From Bacillota bacterium (lineage in GTDB: Bacteria; Bacillota_I; Bacilli_A; RF39; UBA660), in contig SVAO01000006.1 of the NCBI GenBank assembly GCA_015059365.1, positions 3,065 to 67,064 of the forward strand: a DNA stretch of 64,000 nt. The letters run 5' to 3'. This document shows positions 1 through 9,984 of this stretch, one piece after another (position 1 is the first letter of the stretch; every line of letters begins with the position of its first letter). The position numbers and the translations under genes are program-made. The notes beneath the pieces are model-generated. The model did no database searches, had not been told where the DNA came from, and was given only the letters and a program-made list of their open reading frames with translations.

Positions 1-278
1 CATATCATAAGGACGTCTTTTAAATCGTTCATTAAACTCATTGTTGTTACAATCGCAACATCAGGTTTACATTCTTTTAATAATGTATCTAAATCATCCA
101 CCTTATTAATTTTAATTCCAATTTCGTTTCCTCCAATTATAGAACTTATATCATTTCCTATAATATCTGGATTAATGTCAACGGCACCTACAATCTGCAT
201 ACCATTTTCAATAGCATATCTAATAGTATAAACAGCCATTTTTCCACAACCTATTTGAATAAATTTTGTATTCTTCAT
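1..278 (-). CDS. NAD(P)-binding oxidoreductase (DapB-like N-terminal Rossmann fold), 5' part only; gene runs off the left edge
   Basis: Reverse-strand ATG at 276-278 with GGAGGA SD (rev-comp of 282-287). Translation MKNTKFIQIGCGKMAVYTIRYAIENGMQIVGAVDINPD... contains a GxGxxA dinucleotide-binding loop. Confidence 0.5.
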   Translation of the reverse strand, partial: MKNTKFIQIGCGKMAVYTIRYAIENGMQIVGAVDINPDIIGNDISSIIGGNEIGIKINKVDDLDTLLKECKPDVAIVTTMSLMNDLKDVLMI

Positions 279-747
279 ATATCCTCCAATCTTAACTTGA
301 TTATATAAATTTATTTAATTTATGTCAATATCACATTTGTAATAAATTTTATTAATTAGATATTAAAATAACAAATCTGATAAGAAAGATTATATATGAA
401 TTATAGTAGATACAAGAAATAAATGTTATATTTATGATATATTTACACACAAGTATAAAACATTTATAAATGGACTACAATATAATTAAAAATATAGTTT
501 GATTACCAACAGTTGCTCAAATAAAAGTTGCTCCTTTGTTTAATTTTTTTGTTGATGAACTGTTAGATTATAAAAAAGAAGGTAAAGTTAAATGTAAAGA
601 AGAACAATTTGTAGTAATTAAGCATACAGAAACTATGAAAGTAATCCAATTAAAGTCATTATTTGCTGTTGAAAAACTTGAAATAAATCGATATATTTAT
701 ATAAAAATTATAAAATTAAATAAAAGAATAAGAATTGAATCAAAAAT

Positions 748-1278
748 TCAATTCTTATTTTTATACTCATCAATTAGTATTTTATTAATTTGTTCTGGTG
801 TTTCTTTGCACCCATTATTTAACCAATTTTTAATAATAGAATTTAATCCACCCATAAAAAAAGTGATGTGATATTCTAACTCAACTTTGTCATTATATAG
901 TTGAAAAAAAAGATTATAGTCAATAAAGTTTTCAAATTGTTTATAATCATTATCATAATTTAACTTAAAAAAAGTTTTATAAAATAATTGATTATCTTTT
1001 ATATGTTTGAATAGTTTTAAAAAATCGTAAGAATGAGTTTTTAGTTTTCTTTCATTTGAATATATGTTTAAAACTTCTGTAGCTAAATCTTCTTTTAATT
1101 TGTCTGCTAAATCATATATATCAATATAATTTGCATAAAAAGTTGAACGATTTAATTTGGATAATTTACATATGTCTGATACTGATATTTCGTCGATATC
1201 TTTTTTTTGTAATAATTCAATAAATATTTTTTCTATTTTTAATTGTGATTTCTTTTTATCTTTTTTAACATTATACAT
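748..1278 (-). CDS. TetR/AcrR family transcriptional regulator
   Basis: N-terminal HTH ISVSDICKLSKLNRSTFYANY is typical of TetR. Size is 176 aa. Divergent from the 1407-2741 operon. Confidence 0.85.
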   Translation of the reverse strand: MYNVKKDKKKSQLKIEKIFIELLQKKDIDEISVSDICKLSKLNRSTFYANYIDIYDLADKLKEDLATEVLNIYSNERKLKTHSYDFLKLFKHIKDNQLFYKTFFKLNYDNDYKQFENFIDYNLFFQLYNDKVELEYHITFFMGGLNSIIKNWLNNGCKETPEQINKILIDEYKNKN

Positions 1279-1406
1279 CTTTCAAAACTCCTTTCAAAAA
1301 CCAACAGATGTTGATAAAATGTTGATTGTTTTTTAAACTTAATAAATATTATAATATAAATGTAAAAAAACAACAAGTGTTGTATTTTGGAAAGTGAGGT
1401 GTAAGT

Positions 1407-1670
1407 GTGTCAAAAATAGTAGATGTAAACAAAAAAATTGAAGATGCAGTAGTTAGTGGGTATAAGAAAGTTGAAGATACTGTAGTAGGTGGATACAAAA
1501 AAATTGAAGACAAATTTGTTGATACTTTCTTAAAAAAAGATGGCGAAACTACTGAAGAAGCAAAAGAAAGATTAAACAAAGAACAACAAGAGTTAGCAGA
1601 AAAGAATAAATCAACAGCAGAAGATTCATTAAAACTGTCTAAAGAAATTAATGATAAATATGTAAAGTAA
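1407..1670 (+). CDS. small hypothetical protein with three tandem 11-residue repeats
   Basis: GTG start after GGAAAGTGAGG. Repeats are KKIEDAVVSGY / KKVEDTVVGGY / KKIEDKFVDTF, followed by a charged helical tail. Confidence 0.6.
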   Translation: MSKIVDVNKKIEDAVVSGYKKVEDTVVGGYKKIEDKFVDTFLKKDGETTEEAKERLNKEQQELAEKNKSTAEDSLKLSKEINDKYVK

Positions 1671-1683
1671 TTAGGAGGAAATA

Positions 1684-2079
1684 ATGAAAAAAGAAACTTT
1701 ATTAGAAATTATATTAGGAACAATCGGGGGATTGGTATTTGCAATTGGTATGTGTATGTGTTTAATATCTGAATGGAATCTGTTTGCAGCCGGTGTTATA
1801 GTATCAATAATTGGATTTATAATTTTATTATGTATTATTCCTGTTTATAGGAAAGAACATCCTAAAAAAAGTATTAACAAAAAAACTGATTGGGGATTAG
1901 TATTGACTTGGATAATTGGTGTGGTTGGTGCATTAATTATGGGATTTGGTATGAGTAAAATTATGGTAGGAAGTCCAGAAAAAATGGATATGATTATTGG
2001 TATGATTACGGGTGTTGTAGGATTATTAATATGTGTATTAAACTATCCAATATATTCATATTTAAAAAGTAATAAATAA
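1684..2079 (+). CDS. hypothetical integral membrane protein
   Basis: AGGAGG SD 5 nt upstream of the ATG. Four hydrophobic helices in two similar halves. Confidence 0.7.
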   Translation: MKKETLLEIILGTIGGLVFAIGMCMCLISEWNLFAAGVIVSIIGFIILLCIIPVYRKEHPKKSINKKTDWGLVLTWIIGVVGALIMGFGMSKIMVGSPEKMDMIIGMITGVVGLLICVLNYPIYSYLKSNK

Positions 2080-2081
2080 TA

Positions 2082-2741
2082 ATGATAAAACTATTTGATT
2101 ATTTTAAAAAGTTGGAGAAAGAAGACCGTATTATGTTCTTCTTAATCATTACAACAATAGGAAATATTTTTATAGCAATCACAAAGTTTGTATTATCGTT
2201 AACCATACCATCACTTTGGTTTTTTATAAATGCTTTGTTTATGATTATATTATCGTTTGCAAGATTTTTCTCTATTAGAGATTATGCGATAACAAAAGAT
2301 ATTACTGATAAAAACGAAATAAAAAGGATAGGTTATAAAAATTATTTAAATAATGGAATTTTATTAGTAGTATTAGGTATTATGTATTTTTTGGTAAATG
2401 TTTATATTTATTACAAAGGAACAAATACAAATATGCATGAATATTTAACTTATTTAGTAGCGTTAGTTGCATTTTGGTCTATAGGTTCAGCTATATATGG
2501 AATGATTAAATATAAAAGAAATCATACACCTATATTAAAAGCTGTGAAACTTACAAATTTTGCTAATGCATTAACTTCAATAATGTTAACACAAATAGTA
2601 TTATTAGATACTTATGCTAATACTGAAATTTATAATTCAAATCTTATGAATGGATTAACGGGTATGAGTGTAGGAATTGTCATTATTATATTAGGATTAT
2701 ATATGATAATTGGAATAAATAAGGTAAATAGGGTAGATTAA
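2082..2741 (+). CDS. hypothetical integral membrane protein
   Basis: 219-aa ORF abutting the previous gene. Five to six hydrophobic segments. Confidence 0.7.
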   Translation: MIKLFDYFKKLEKEDRIMFFLIITTIGNIFIAITKFVLSLTIPSLWFFINALFMIILSFARFFSIRDYAITKDITDKNEIKRIGYKNYLNNGILLVVLGIMYFLVNVYIYYKGTNTNMHEYLTYLVALVAFWSIGSAIYGMIKYKRNHTPILKAVKLTNFANALTSIMLTQIVLLDTYANTEIYNSNLMNGLTGMSVGIVIIILGLYMIIGINKVNRVD

Positions 2742-2759
2742 ATTTAATCTATCTTTTTT
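2734..2759 (+). terminator. Rho-independent terminator of the 1407-2741 operon
   Basis: Palindrome TAGATTAAATTTAATCTA followed by TCTTTTTT. Confidence 0.6.
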
Positions 2760-3077
2760 AGTTGTCATTGGATGTGTTGTTAAAATTTACGTTTGAATTT
2801 TTCATGAAAGAATAATAATGATATAAAATGTATTGTATAAGATTTAGAATAATATTAACTATAGTAATAGAGAATAAAAAATAATGTAAAGAGTCATTAG
2901 ATAAACATTAAATGATGCAAATATTTAATAAATGATTTAAATGTGCTATAATACAATTATTGAAAATGATGGTATATAAAAGTTATGAACCATTATTTAA
3001 AGCTCGCAAGTAAGTATTTAATGATATTAAATTAGAAAGATGAAAGAAGATAAAAATTAACAAATAGAGGTAGAAAA

Positions 3078-3971
3078 ATGAAAACGGAAAAAAATATACT
3101 GATTGCTTTTTTATTAAATTTATTATTTTCAATAATAGAATTTATAGGAGGTGTTATAACAAACAGCGTTGCTATTATATCAGACTCTATACATGATATG
3201 GGGGATGCTATGAGTATAGGTGTATCTTATTTATTAGAAAGAAAAAGTAAAAAAAAGCCAGATAGCAATTATACTTATGGCTATGTTAGATATTCTGTAT
3301 TGGGAAGTGTTATTACTACTTTTATATTGATAGGTGGTTCTGTTTTGGTTATCTATAATGCAATATTAAGAATATTTCATCCGACTGAAATTAACTATAA
3401 TGGAATGATAGTTTTCGCAATATTTGGTGTTGCTATAAACTCTTTGGCTGCATATTTTACTAAAGAGGGAGATTCACTAAACCAAAAATCAGTAAATCTA
3501 CATATGCTGGAAGATGTATTAGGATGGATTATAGTATTAGTTGGGGCAATTATAATGAGATTTACAGATATTAAAGTTATAGATTCAATTCTTTCTATTT
3601 TAGTAGCAATATTTATTTTAATAAATTCTTTAAAAACACTAAAATCAATATTAGATTTATTTTTAGAAAAAACACCTAGTAATATTGATATAGAAGAAAT
3701 TAAAGAACATTTATTAAAAATAAAAGGTGTAATTGGTGTTCACCATATACATATTCGTAGTATTGATGGATTCAATAACTATGCAACAATGCATATAGTA
3801 GTAGATTGTGATTACAAAGATGTAAAACATAAAATAAAAGAAGAACTAGAAGAACATAAAATAGTGCATACAACAATTGAATTTGAAGAAAAGAATGAAA
3901 AGTGTAAGATTGAAGAGTGCGAAGTAACAAAATTCAATAAGGAACATCATTACAACAATCATAATCATTAA
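3078..3971 (+). CDS. cation diffusion facilitator (CzcD/ZitB-type Zn/Co/Cd efflux) transporter
   Basis: Six TM segments. CDF motifs IISDSIHDMGDA and HMLEDVLGW. His-rich C-terminal tail HHYNNHNH. Confidence 0.85.
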   Translation: MKTEKNILIAFLLNLLFSIIEFIGGVITNSVAIISDSIHDMGDAMSIGVSYLLERKSKKKPDSNYTYGYVRYSVLGSVITTFILIGGSVLVIYNAILRIFHPTEINYNGMIVFAIFGVAINSLAAYFTKEGDSLNQKSVNLHMLEDVLGWIIVLVGAIIMRFTDIKVIDSILSILVAIFILINSLKTLKSILDLFLEKTPSNIDIEEIKEHLLKIKGVIGVHHIHIRSIDGFNNYATMHIVVDCDYKDVKHKIKEELEEHKIVHTTIEFEEKNEKCKIEECEVTKFNKEHHYNNHNH

Positions 3972-4188
3972 AATATTCTAAATGTAAATCAAAAAATTAA
4001 ATAGCGAATTAAAATTATATAGTAGAAGCGAAAGTTGGTATAAGTAATACCTTCTTTTTTATCTAGATATTATTACATGTATAGAGTTAATTGTTAACAA
4101 AATTTTTGTAGAAATTATTTCAAAAATGATTCTAATATAAAAGTTAAATCAAACAACAAATAAGCTACAAATATTGGGATTTGGGTAT

Positions 4189-4215
4189 AAAAAAATTGAT
4201 GCAATTAAGCATCAA
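4189..4215 (-). terminator. Rho-independent terminator downstream of tRNA-Gly
   Basis: On the minus strand, TTGATGC-ttaatt-GCATCAA is followed by seven T. Confidence 0.7.
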
Positions 4216-4228
4216 TTAATCAACAATT

Positions 4229-4303
4229 TGGAGCAAGTGACCGGAATCGAACCGGCATCCTAGCCTTGGCAAGGCCATATACTAACCGTTGTACTACACC
4301 TGC
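4229..4303 (-). tRNA. tRNA-Gly (anticodon GCC), CCA encoded
   Basis: Minus-strand sequence GCAGGTGTAGTACAACGGTTAGTATATGGCCTTGCCAAGGCTAGGATGCCGGTTCGATTCCGGTCACTTGCTCCA folds as a cloverleaf. Acceptor stem GCAGGTG/CACTTGC, anticodon stem TGGCC/GGCTA, loop TTGCCAA, T-arm GGTTCGATTCC. Confidence 0.93.
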
Positions 4304-4316
4304 ATTAGATATTAAT

Positions 4317-4345
4317 ATTATATACAAAAACCAAAAATATGTAAA
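4317..4345 (-). promoter_or_regulatory. sigma-A type promoter for tRNA-Gly
   Basis: Minus strand reads TTTACA (4340-4345), a 17-nt spacer, then TATAAT (4317-4322). This lies about 14 nt upstream of the mature tRNA 5' end. Confidence 0.6.
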
Positions 4346-4387
4346 TACTTTTTTTAATAATGACATATTTTTTAATAGAGGTGAATT

Positions 4388-5545
4388 ATGAAAAAAGTTT
4401 TATGTTTATTTTTAATTAGTTTAATGTTATTTCCATTTGGAATAGTTAAAGCAGAAGAATTGAAACTAGCAGAAAATGCTAAATCTGCAATATTGCTTGA
4501 ACCTACTACTGGTGAAATTATTTTTGAAAAGAATTCTCATGAGAAACTTCATCCTGCTTCGATGACAAAAATGATGTCTATGTTATTAATTGTGGAAGCG
4601 ATAGAAAATGGAGTTATAAGTTGGGATGAAATGGTTACTGTAAGTGAGAATGCTGCTGGTATGGGAGGAAGTCAAATACTTTTAGAAGTAGGAGAACAAA
4701 TGAGTGTTGATGACTTATTTAAAGGCATTGCAGTTGCTAGTGGTAATGATGCAGTTGTTGCGATGGCTGAAAAAATAGGTGGTTCAGAAGCGGTGTTTGT
4801 AGATATGATGAATAAACGTGCTCAAGAGTTAGGTCTTACTGATACTAATTTTAAAAATCCGCATGGTTTAGATGAAGCTAATCATTATTCTAGTGCTTAT
4901 GATATGGCTATGATTGCAAAAGAACTTGTAAAACATCCTAAAGTGTTAGAATATACTCATATTTATGAGGATTATTTAAGAGAAGATACTGAGCGAAAAA
5001 TTTGGTTAGTTAATACAAATAAATTAGTGCGATTTTATGATGGAGTTGATGGACTAAAAACCGGATATACTGCCTCTGCTGGGTATTGTTTAACTGCTAC
5101 TGCAAAGAGAAATAATTCTAGATTTATTGCGGTGGTAATGGGTGAGATTGATAGTAAAACTCGTAATCAAGAAATTAGTGAAATGTTAGATTATGCTTTT
5201 GCACAATATGAAGTAGAAACCTTATTGGGGACTGATAGTGTTCTTGAAACAAAGGAAATTGAAAAAGGTAAAGATAAATATGTAGAATTGGTACCACTAG
5301 AAGAGGTAAGTTTTTTAAATAAAAAAGGTAGTAATAAAAAGAATGCTTCATATGAAATAAATGTTAATAATTTAAAAGCACCAATAAAAAAAGGGGATAT
5401 TGTTGGGACTCTGAAAATAAAAGAAGATAATGAGATAATTAGAGAGGTTCCGATAACTGTAAAAGAGACAGTAGAAAAAGCTAGTTTAATGGAATTATAT
5501 TGGAGACATTTAACTGATATTTTTAAAGGTGAAGTAAGTTTATAG
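4388..5545 (+). CDS. D-alanyl-D-alanine carboxypeptidase (PBP5/DacB/DacF-type serine peptidase S11)
   Basis: Signal peptide, then SxxK (ASMTK), SxN (ASGND) and KTG (LKTGYT) active-site motifs. C-terminal PBP5_C-like domain. Confidence 0.9.
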   Translation: MKKVLCLFLISLMLFPFGIVKAEELKLAENAKSAILLEPTTGEIIFEKNSHEKLHPASMTKMMSMLLIVEAIENGVISWDEMVTVSENAAGMGGSQILLEVGEQMSVDDLFKGIAVASGNDAVVAMAEKIGGSEAVFVDMMNKRAQELGLTDTNFKNPHGLDEANHYSSAYDMAMIAKELVKHPKVLEYTHIYEDYLREDTERKIWLVNTNKLVRFYDGVDGLKTGYTASAGYCLTATAKRNNSRFIAVVMGEIDSKTRNQEISEMLDYAFAQYEVETLLGTDSVLETKEIEKGKDKYVELVPLEEVSFLNKKGSNKKNASYEINVNNLKAPIKKGDIVGTLKIKEDNEIIREVPITVKETVEKASLMELYWRHLTDIFKGEVSL

Positions 5546-5591
5546 TATCTAAAAAATAAATCTGCACATATTAATATCGGAGGAAATTAAT

Positions 5592-6029
5592 ATGAATGAA
5601 AATGTAGAATTATTAGAGTTTATTTATAAAAATGCAGAAATGGGTTCATTTACTTTAACTAAGTTAATTGTTGAGTTAAAGGAAAAAGAAAATAAAATTA
5701 AAAAAGTAATTGAGGATGAAATCAAAGGTTATGAAAAATATATAAAAGAAAGTAAGAAACTAATAGACAAAGGAAAATATGAATTAAAAGAAAATAGTTT
5801 AATGTCTAAAATGGGTGCGAGTATGGGCATAAAGAAAGAAACTAGAAGTGATAATAGTGATGCTGCTATTGCACACATGATTATAGAGGGGCTTACTATG
5901 GGGGTAGTTGATATTTCTACTAAAATAAATAATTATAAAGACGTTGCTGATAAAAAGGTTATTTCCTTAGCAACTGATTTTTTAGAATTTCAGGAGTCTG
6001 AAATCGAACGATTAAAAGAATTTTTATAG
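5592..6029 (+). CDS. hypothetical helical protein
   Basis: GGAGGA SD. 145-aa charged, helix-rich ORF with no motif I recognise. Confidence 0.6.
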   Translation: MNENVELLEFIYKNAEMGSFTLTKLIVELKEKENKIKKVIEDEIKGYEKYIKESKKLIDKGKYELKENSLMSKMGASMGIKKETRSDNSDAAIAHMIIEGLTMGVVDISTKINNYKDVADKKVISLATDFLEFQESEIERLKEFL

Positions 6030-6058
6030 AATATACTTTTGGTATATTCTTTTTTTTT
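6028..6058 (+). terminator. Rho-independent terminator
   Basis: AGAATATAC-ttttg-GTATATTCT followed by eight T. Confidence 0.8.
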
Positions 6059-6083
6059 ATTAATAAAATGTAGTGGTGATAAA

Positions 6084-6548
6084 GTGAAAATAAATTATAA
6101 GAAGTTGATATTAATAATTTTGGGGACGTTTTTAATTGGTGGTTTTTTTAGTTTTTTTATTCCTAACAGTAGGGGATTTTATACATCTTTAGAAAAACCA
6201 GCTTTAAGTCCGCCGGGTATTTTATTTCCTATCGTATGGACTGTTCTTTATATTTTGATGGGCATATCTTTATATATAGTTAGTGAAAGTGATACTAAGA
6301 AAGAAGAAAACTATTTAATATATATAATACAGTTGGTAGTAAATTCTTTATGGACATTATTCTTTTTTGGACTTAATTTGCAATTTTTATCATTTTTATG
6401 GATATTATTTTTAATAGTTTTAGTTGTTGTTATGATTATTAGTTTTTATCAAACAAATAAATTGGCAGGATTACTTCAAATCCCATATTTATTGTGGCTT
6501 TTGTTCGCTGCGTATTTAAATTTATCTATTTACATTTTAAATCGTTAA
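6084..6548 (+). CDS. tspO: TspO/MBR family tryptophan-rich sensory protein
   Basis: Five TM helices. TspO-like LEKPALSPPGILFPIVWTVLYILMG and LWTLFFF segments. Start moved to the GTG at 6084 because the longer ORF runs through the upstream terminator. Confidence 0.8.
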   Translation: MKINYKKLILIILGTFLIGGFFSFFIPNSRGFYTSLEKPALSPPGILFPIVWTVLYILMGISLYIVSESDTKKEENYLIYIIQLVVNSLWTLFFFGLNLQFLSFLWILFLIVLVVVMIISFYQTNKLAGLLQIPYLLWLLFAAYLNLSIYILNR

Positions 6549-6633
6549 ATGTTATGTAAAGTTGTTATAAAAAATTGAAAACAAAAAGTATATATGCTAA
6601 AATGTTATTAACCTAAGTTGTAAGGAGGTTACT

Positions 6634-7155
6634 ATGGAAGTATATGTGCCAGATATGTATCAAAAAAGTATTTATACAATAGATTATCAAAAACTATATA
6701 ATAGAGGAATTAAATGTCTATTATTTGATTTGGATAATACAATTGTACCAATAAAAATGAAAACTCCGAGTAAAAAAATAAAAAATTTATTTAATGATTT
6801 AAAAGAAAAAGGTTTTAAAATAATTATTTTTTCAAATAGCGGTAAAAGTAGATTAAAACCATTTAAAGATGAATTGGAAGTTGATTGTTCTGCGTCATCT
6901 ATGAAACCATTTAAAAAGAAATTTTTGAAAGTATTAGATGAATATGGATATCAAATTAATGAGGTTGCGATTATAGGTGATCAACTGTTAACTGATATTT
7001 TTGGTGGAAATAAAATTGGGATTACTACAATTCTTGTAAATCCTGTCGGAAAGAAGGATTTGTTTTTTACAAAAATCAACCGTTGCATTGAAAAGAGTAT
7101 TATGAAAAAGTTGAGAAAAAAAGATTTGTTTGTAAAAGGGAGATACTATGAATAA
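6634..7155 (+). CDS. yqeG: YqeG-family HAD-IIIA phosphatase
   Basis: HAD motif I LLFDLDNT and motif GDQLLTDI. Conserved synteny directly upstream of yqeH. Confidence 0.85.
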   Translation: MEVYVPDMYQKSIYTIDYQKLYNRGIKCLLFDLDNTIVPIKMKTPSKKIKNLFNDLKEKGFKIIIFSNSGKSRLKPFKDELEVDCSASSMKPFKKKFLKVLDEYGYQINEVAIIGDQLLTDIFGGNKIGITTILVNPVGKKDLFFTKINRCIEKSIMKKLRKKDLFVKGRYYE

Positions 7156-8134
7156 TAAATGCGTAGGATGTGGTGCTATTTTACAAACGGAATTTAATGA
7201 TAAAGAAGGATATACTAAAGATACTAATAATAAACTTTGTGAGCGATGCTTTAGAATAAATCATTATGGTGATTATAAAGTAATTGTTAAAGATAATAAT
7301 GAGTTTATTAATATTTTAAAAGATATAAATAAAACTAATGATTTGGTAGTATTAGTTGTGGATTTACTAAATATTAATCAAGAGTTATTGAATTTGTCAA
7401 AAATCATTACTAATCCAATATTATTGGTTTTATCAAAAAGAGATTTGTTACCAAAATCACTTTTTGAAGATAAAATACTTGAATATATGGATCGTTTTAA
7501 ATTAAATATAATTGATAAAGTTATTATAAGCAGTAATAAAAATTATCAGTTTGATGATTTATATGAAAAAATCAATTTATATAAAAGAAGCAAAGATGTT
7601 TATGTTGTGGGATTTACTAATGCAGGTAAATCAACAATGATAAATAAACTTTTATATAATTATTCTAATGTTGATACACGTATTACTACAAGTGTGCTAC
7701 CATCTACGACTTTAAATAATATTGAATTAAGTTTGAATGACGATTTAACTATTATTGATACACCGGGATTATTGGATAAAGGAAATATTATAAATTATGT
7801 AGATGGTAAAGATTTGAAAGTAATTGTTCCTACAAAAGAGATTAAACCAATTACTTATCAAATTAAGGGAAAACAAGTTGTCGAAATAGATAAATATGCT
7901 TTTGTTGAATGTTTAAATACTGATATTACATTATTTATGTCTAACAAGTTAAATATTAAAAGAAATTATAATGATTTTGAGTTTGGTGAATTTGATACTT
8001 ACGAAATAGATGTAAATAGAGGTGAAGATATAGTTATTGTTGGATTGGGTTTTATTAAAGTTAGTAAGAAATCTAACTTTAAAATTCATGTTTTAAAAAA
8101 TGTGTTAGTTTATAAAAGAGACTCTCTTATTTGA
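7148..8134 (+). CDS. yqeH: ribosome biogenesis GTPase YqeH (circularly permuted GTPase)
   Basis: N-terminal zinc ribbon CVGCG...CERC. Permuted G motifs (SKRD before GFTNAGKST, DTPG). Confidence 0.88.
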   Translation: MNNKCVGCGAILQTEFNDKEGYTKDTNNKLCERCFRINHYGDYKVIVKDNNEFINILKDINKTNDLVVLVVDLLNINQELLNLSKIITNPILLVLSKRDLLPKSLFEDKILEYMDRFKLNIIDKVIISSNKNYQFDDLYEKINLYKRSKDVYVVGFTNAGKSTMINKLLYNYSNVDTRITTSVLPSTTLNNIELSLNDDLTIIDTPGLLDKGNIINYVDGKDLKVIVPTKEIKPITYQIKGKQVVEIDKYAFVECLNTDITLFMSNKLNIKRNYNDFEFGEFDTYEIDVNRGEDIVIVGLGFIKVSKKSNFKIHVLKNVLVYKRDSLI

Positions 8135-8143
8135 GTCTTTTTT
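8119..8143 (+). terminator. Rho-independent terminator overlapping the yqeH stop codon
   Basis: AGACTC-tcttatt-GAGTCT followed by TTTTT. Confidence 0.6.
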
Positions 8144-8191
8144 GTTGATTTTTGATTATTTTGATGTTATTATAAAAATAATAAGAATAGG

Positions 8192-9979
8192 GTGATGATA
8201 ATGTTAGGAACTATTATAGGTATAGAGGAAAATGTTGTTTTTATTAAAATTAATATTGACCTTAACAAATTTGATTCTTTAATAAATCTTCATGTTATTA
8301 TGGAAAATAATGATAAAAAAATAGTTGGAGAAATTATTGATATTAAGGATGGTGTTGCATCAGTAAATTTATTAGGGGAAATGATTGACAATAAATTTGT
8401 TTTTGGTGTTATTAACAAACCATCTTTCGCATCTACTGTAAAATTAATTTCAAAAGAAAAAATCCCAATGATTATTAGTTTAGATAATTTTAAAGAAAAT
8501 GAGGGACTTTATATAGGCAATAGTCCAATATATGAGGGTGTTCCTATAGGAGTTAATATAAATTCTTTTTTTAGTAATCATTTTGCGATATTTGGTTCTA
8601 CAGGTAGTGGTAAATCTTGTAGTGTAGCTAGGATATTTCAAAATTTATTTGAAAAACAACAATCAATTGCGTATCGTGCTAGTATATTTATTTTTGATGC
8701 ATATGGTGAGTATTATAATGCTTTTAAAGATATAAATAAAAAGGTTCCGGAACTTAGTTTTAAAACATATACAACAAATACTAATTTTTCAGATACAGAA
8801 ATAATTAAAATACCTTTATGGTTATTAGATACTGATGATATAGCAATTCTTTTGGGAGCGGAGAAAACAAGTCAACTTCCAATTATTGAAAAAGCCTTAA
8901 AATTAGTTACAATATTCGGTAGAGAAGAAGATATTGTTATTAAACATAAAAATGATATTATAGCTCGTGCTATATTGGATATATTATCTAGTGGTCGTCC
9001 TCCTGCACAAATTCGTGATCATATTTTTTCGGTTTTGTCTTACTATAATACTAAGAATTTAAATTTAGATACTGAAATATTCCAACCTGGATATACTAGG
9101 TCGTTAAAGCAGTGTTTACTAATAGATGCGACTGGAAAAATTAGAGAAATGGAATTATTAACTACTTTTATTGAAAGTTTTTTAGATGATAATTTAGAAC
9201 TTAATTTACCTGATGGAACGTTTAAGTATTCTTTAACAGATTTAAAAGATGCATTTGATTTTGCACTTATTTCGGAAGGTATATTAAAAAGCGATAAGGT
9301 TTATGATGAGGCTAATATATTAAAAGTTAGATTACATTCTCTTGTTAATAGTAGTGAAGGTAAATATTTTGATGTTTCAGAATATATATCAAGAGACGAA
9401 TATATTAGAAGTTTGATAACTGCTCCAAATGGAAGAAAAGCTCAAATAATTAATTTTAATATAAATTATGTGGATGATAGATTTGCTAAAACTATAACAA
9501 AAATTTATTCGAAATTATTATTTAATTATGCTAAAGATATGGAAAGAAGAGCTTCAATACCTTTTCATATTGTGCTTGAGGAAGCACATCGTTATGTTCA
9601 AAATGATAATGATATAAATGTTTTAGGGTATAATATTTTTGATCGTATTACAAAAGAAGGAAGAAAATATGGTGTTATATTAGGCCTTATTTCACAAAGA
9701 CCAGCTGAACTTTCAGAAACATCGTTATCACAATGCAATAACTTTTTGATATTTAGAATGTTGCACCCTTTAGATGTTGAGTATATTCAAAAAATGGTGC
9801 CTAATATAACTAATGAAATTGTTAAAAGATTACGTATTTTGCAACCTGGAACTTGTATTGGGTTTGGAAATGCATTTAAAGTTCCTGTGTTAATAAAATT
9901 AGATATGCCTGATCCTGCACCATCTAGTAGTAATTGTGATGTTGCTGGTATTTGGTTTGTAAATAAAAAACAAGATTAA
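8192..9979 (+). CDS. HerA-like (DUF87, FtsK/HerA superfamily) P-loop ATPase, orphan
   Basis: N-terminal beta-barrel-like segment. Walker A FGSTGSGKS, Walker B HIVLEEAHRY, C-terminal LISQRPAELSETSLSQCNNFLIFRM typical of HerA. The true start may be the ATG at 8201 after AGGGTGA. Confidence 0.75.
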   Translation: MMIMLGTIIGIEENVVFIKINIDLNKFDSLINLHVIMENNDKKIVGEIIDIKDGVASVNLLGEMIDNKFVFGVINKPSFASTVKLISKEKIPMIISLDNFKENEGLYIGNSPIYEGVPIGVNINSFFSNHFAIFGSTGSGKSCSVARIFQNLFEKQQSIAYRASIFIFDAYGEYYNAFKDINKKVPELSFKTYTTNTNFSDTEIIKIPLWLLDTDDIAILLGAEKTSQLPIIEKALKLVTIFGREEDIVIKHKNDIIARAILDILSSGRPPAQIRDHIFSVLSYYNTKNLNLDTEIFQPGYTRSLKQCLLIDATGKIREMELLTTFIESFLDDNLELNLPDGTFKYSLTDLKDAFDFALISEGILKSDKVYDEANILKVRLHSLVNSSEGKYFDVSEYISRDEYIRSLITAPNGRKAQIINFNINYVDDRFAKTITKIYSKLLFNYAKDMERRASIPFHIVLEEAHRYVQNDNDINVLGYNIFDRITKEGRKYGVILGLISQRPAELSETSLSQCNNFLIFRMLHPLDVEYIQKMVPNITNEIVKRLRILQPGTCIGFGNAFKVPVLIKLDMPDPAPSSSNCDVAGIWFVNKKQD

Positions 9980-9984
9980 CATAA

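Noticed and set aside
536-871. 111-aa plus-strand ORF upstream of and overlapping the TetR gene
   Set aside because: It overlaps the 3' end of the TetR gene in antisense, has no SD, and has low-complexity Ile/Lys/Phe content. It probably covers a non-coding spacer plus a shadow frame.
4229-4303. Lone tRNA as a possible integration hotspot for a genomic island
   Set aside because: There is no integrase, no direct repeat of the tRNA 3' end and no compositional shift on either side. The flanking genes are ordinary chromosomal genes.
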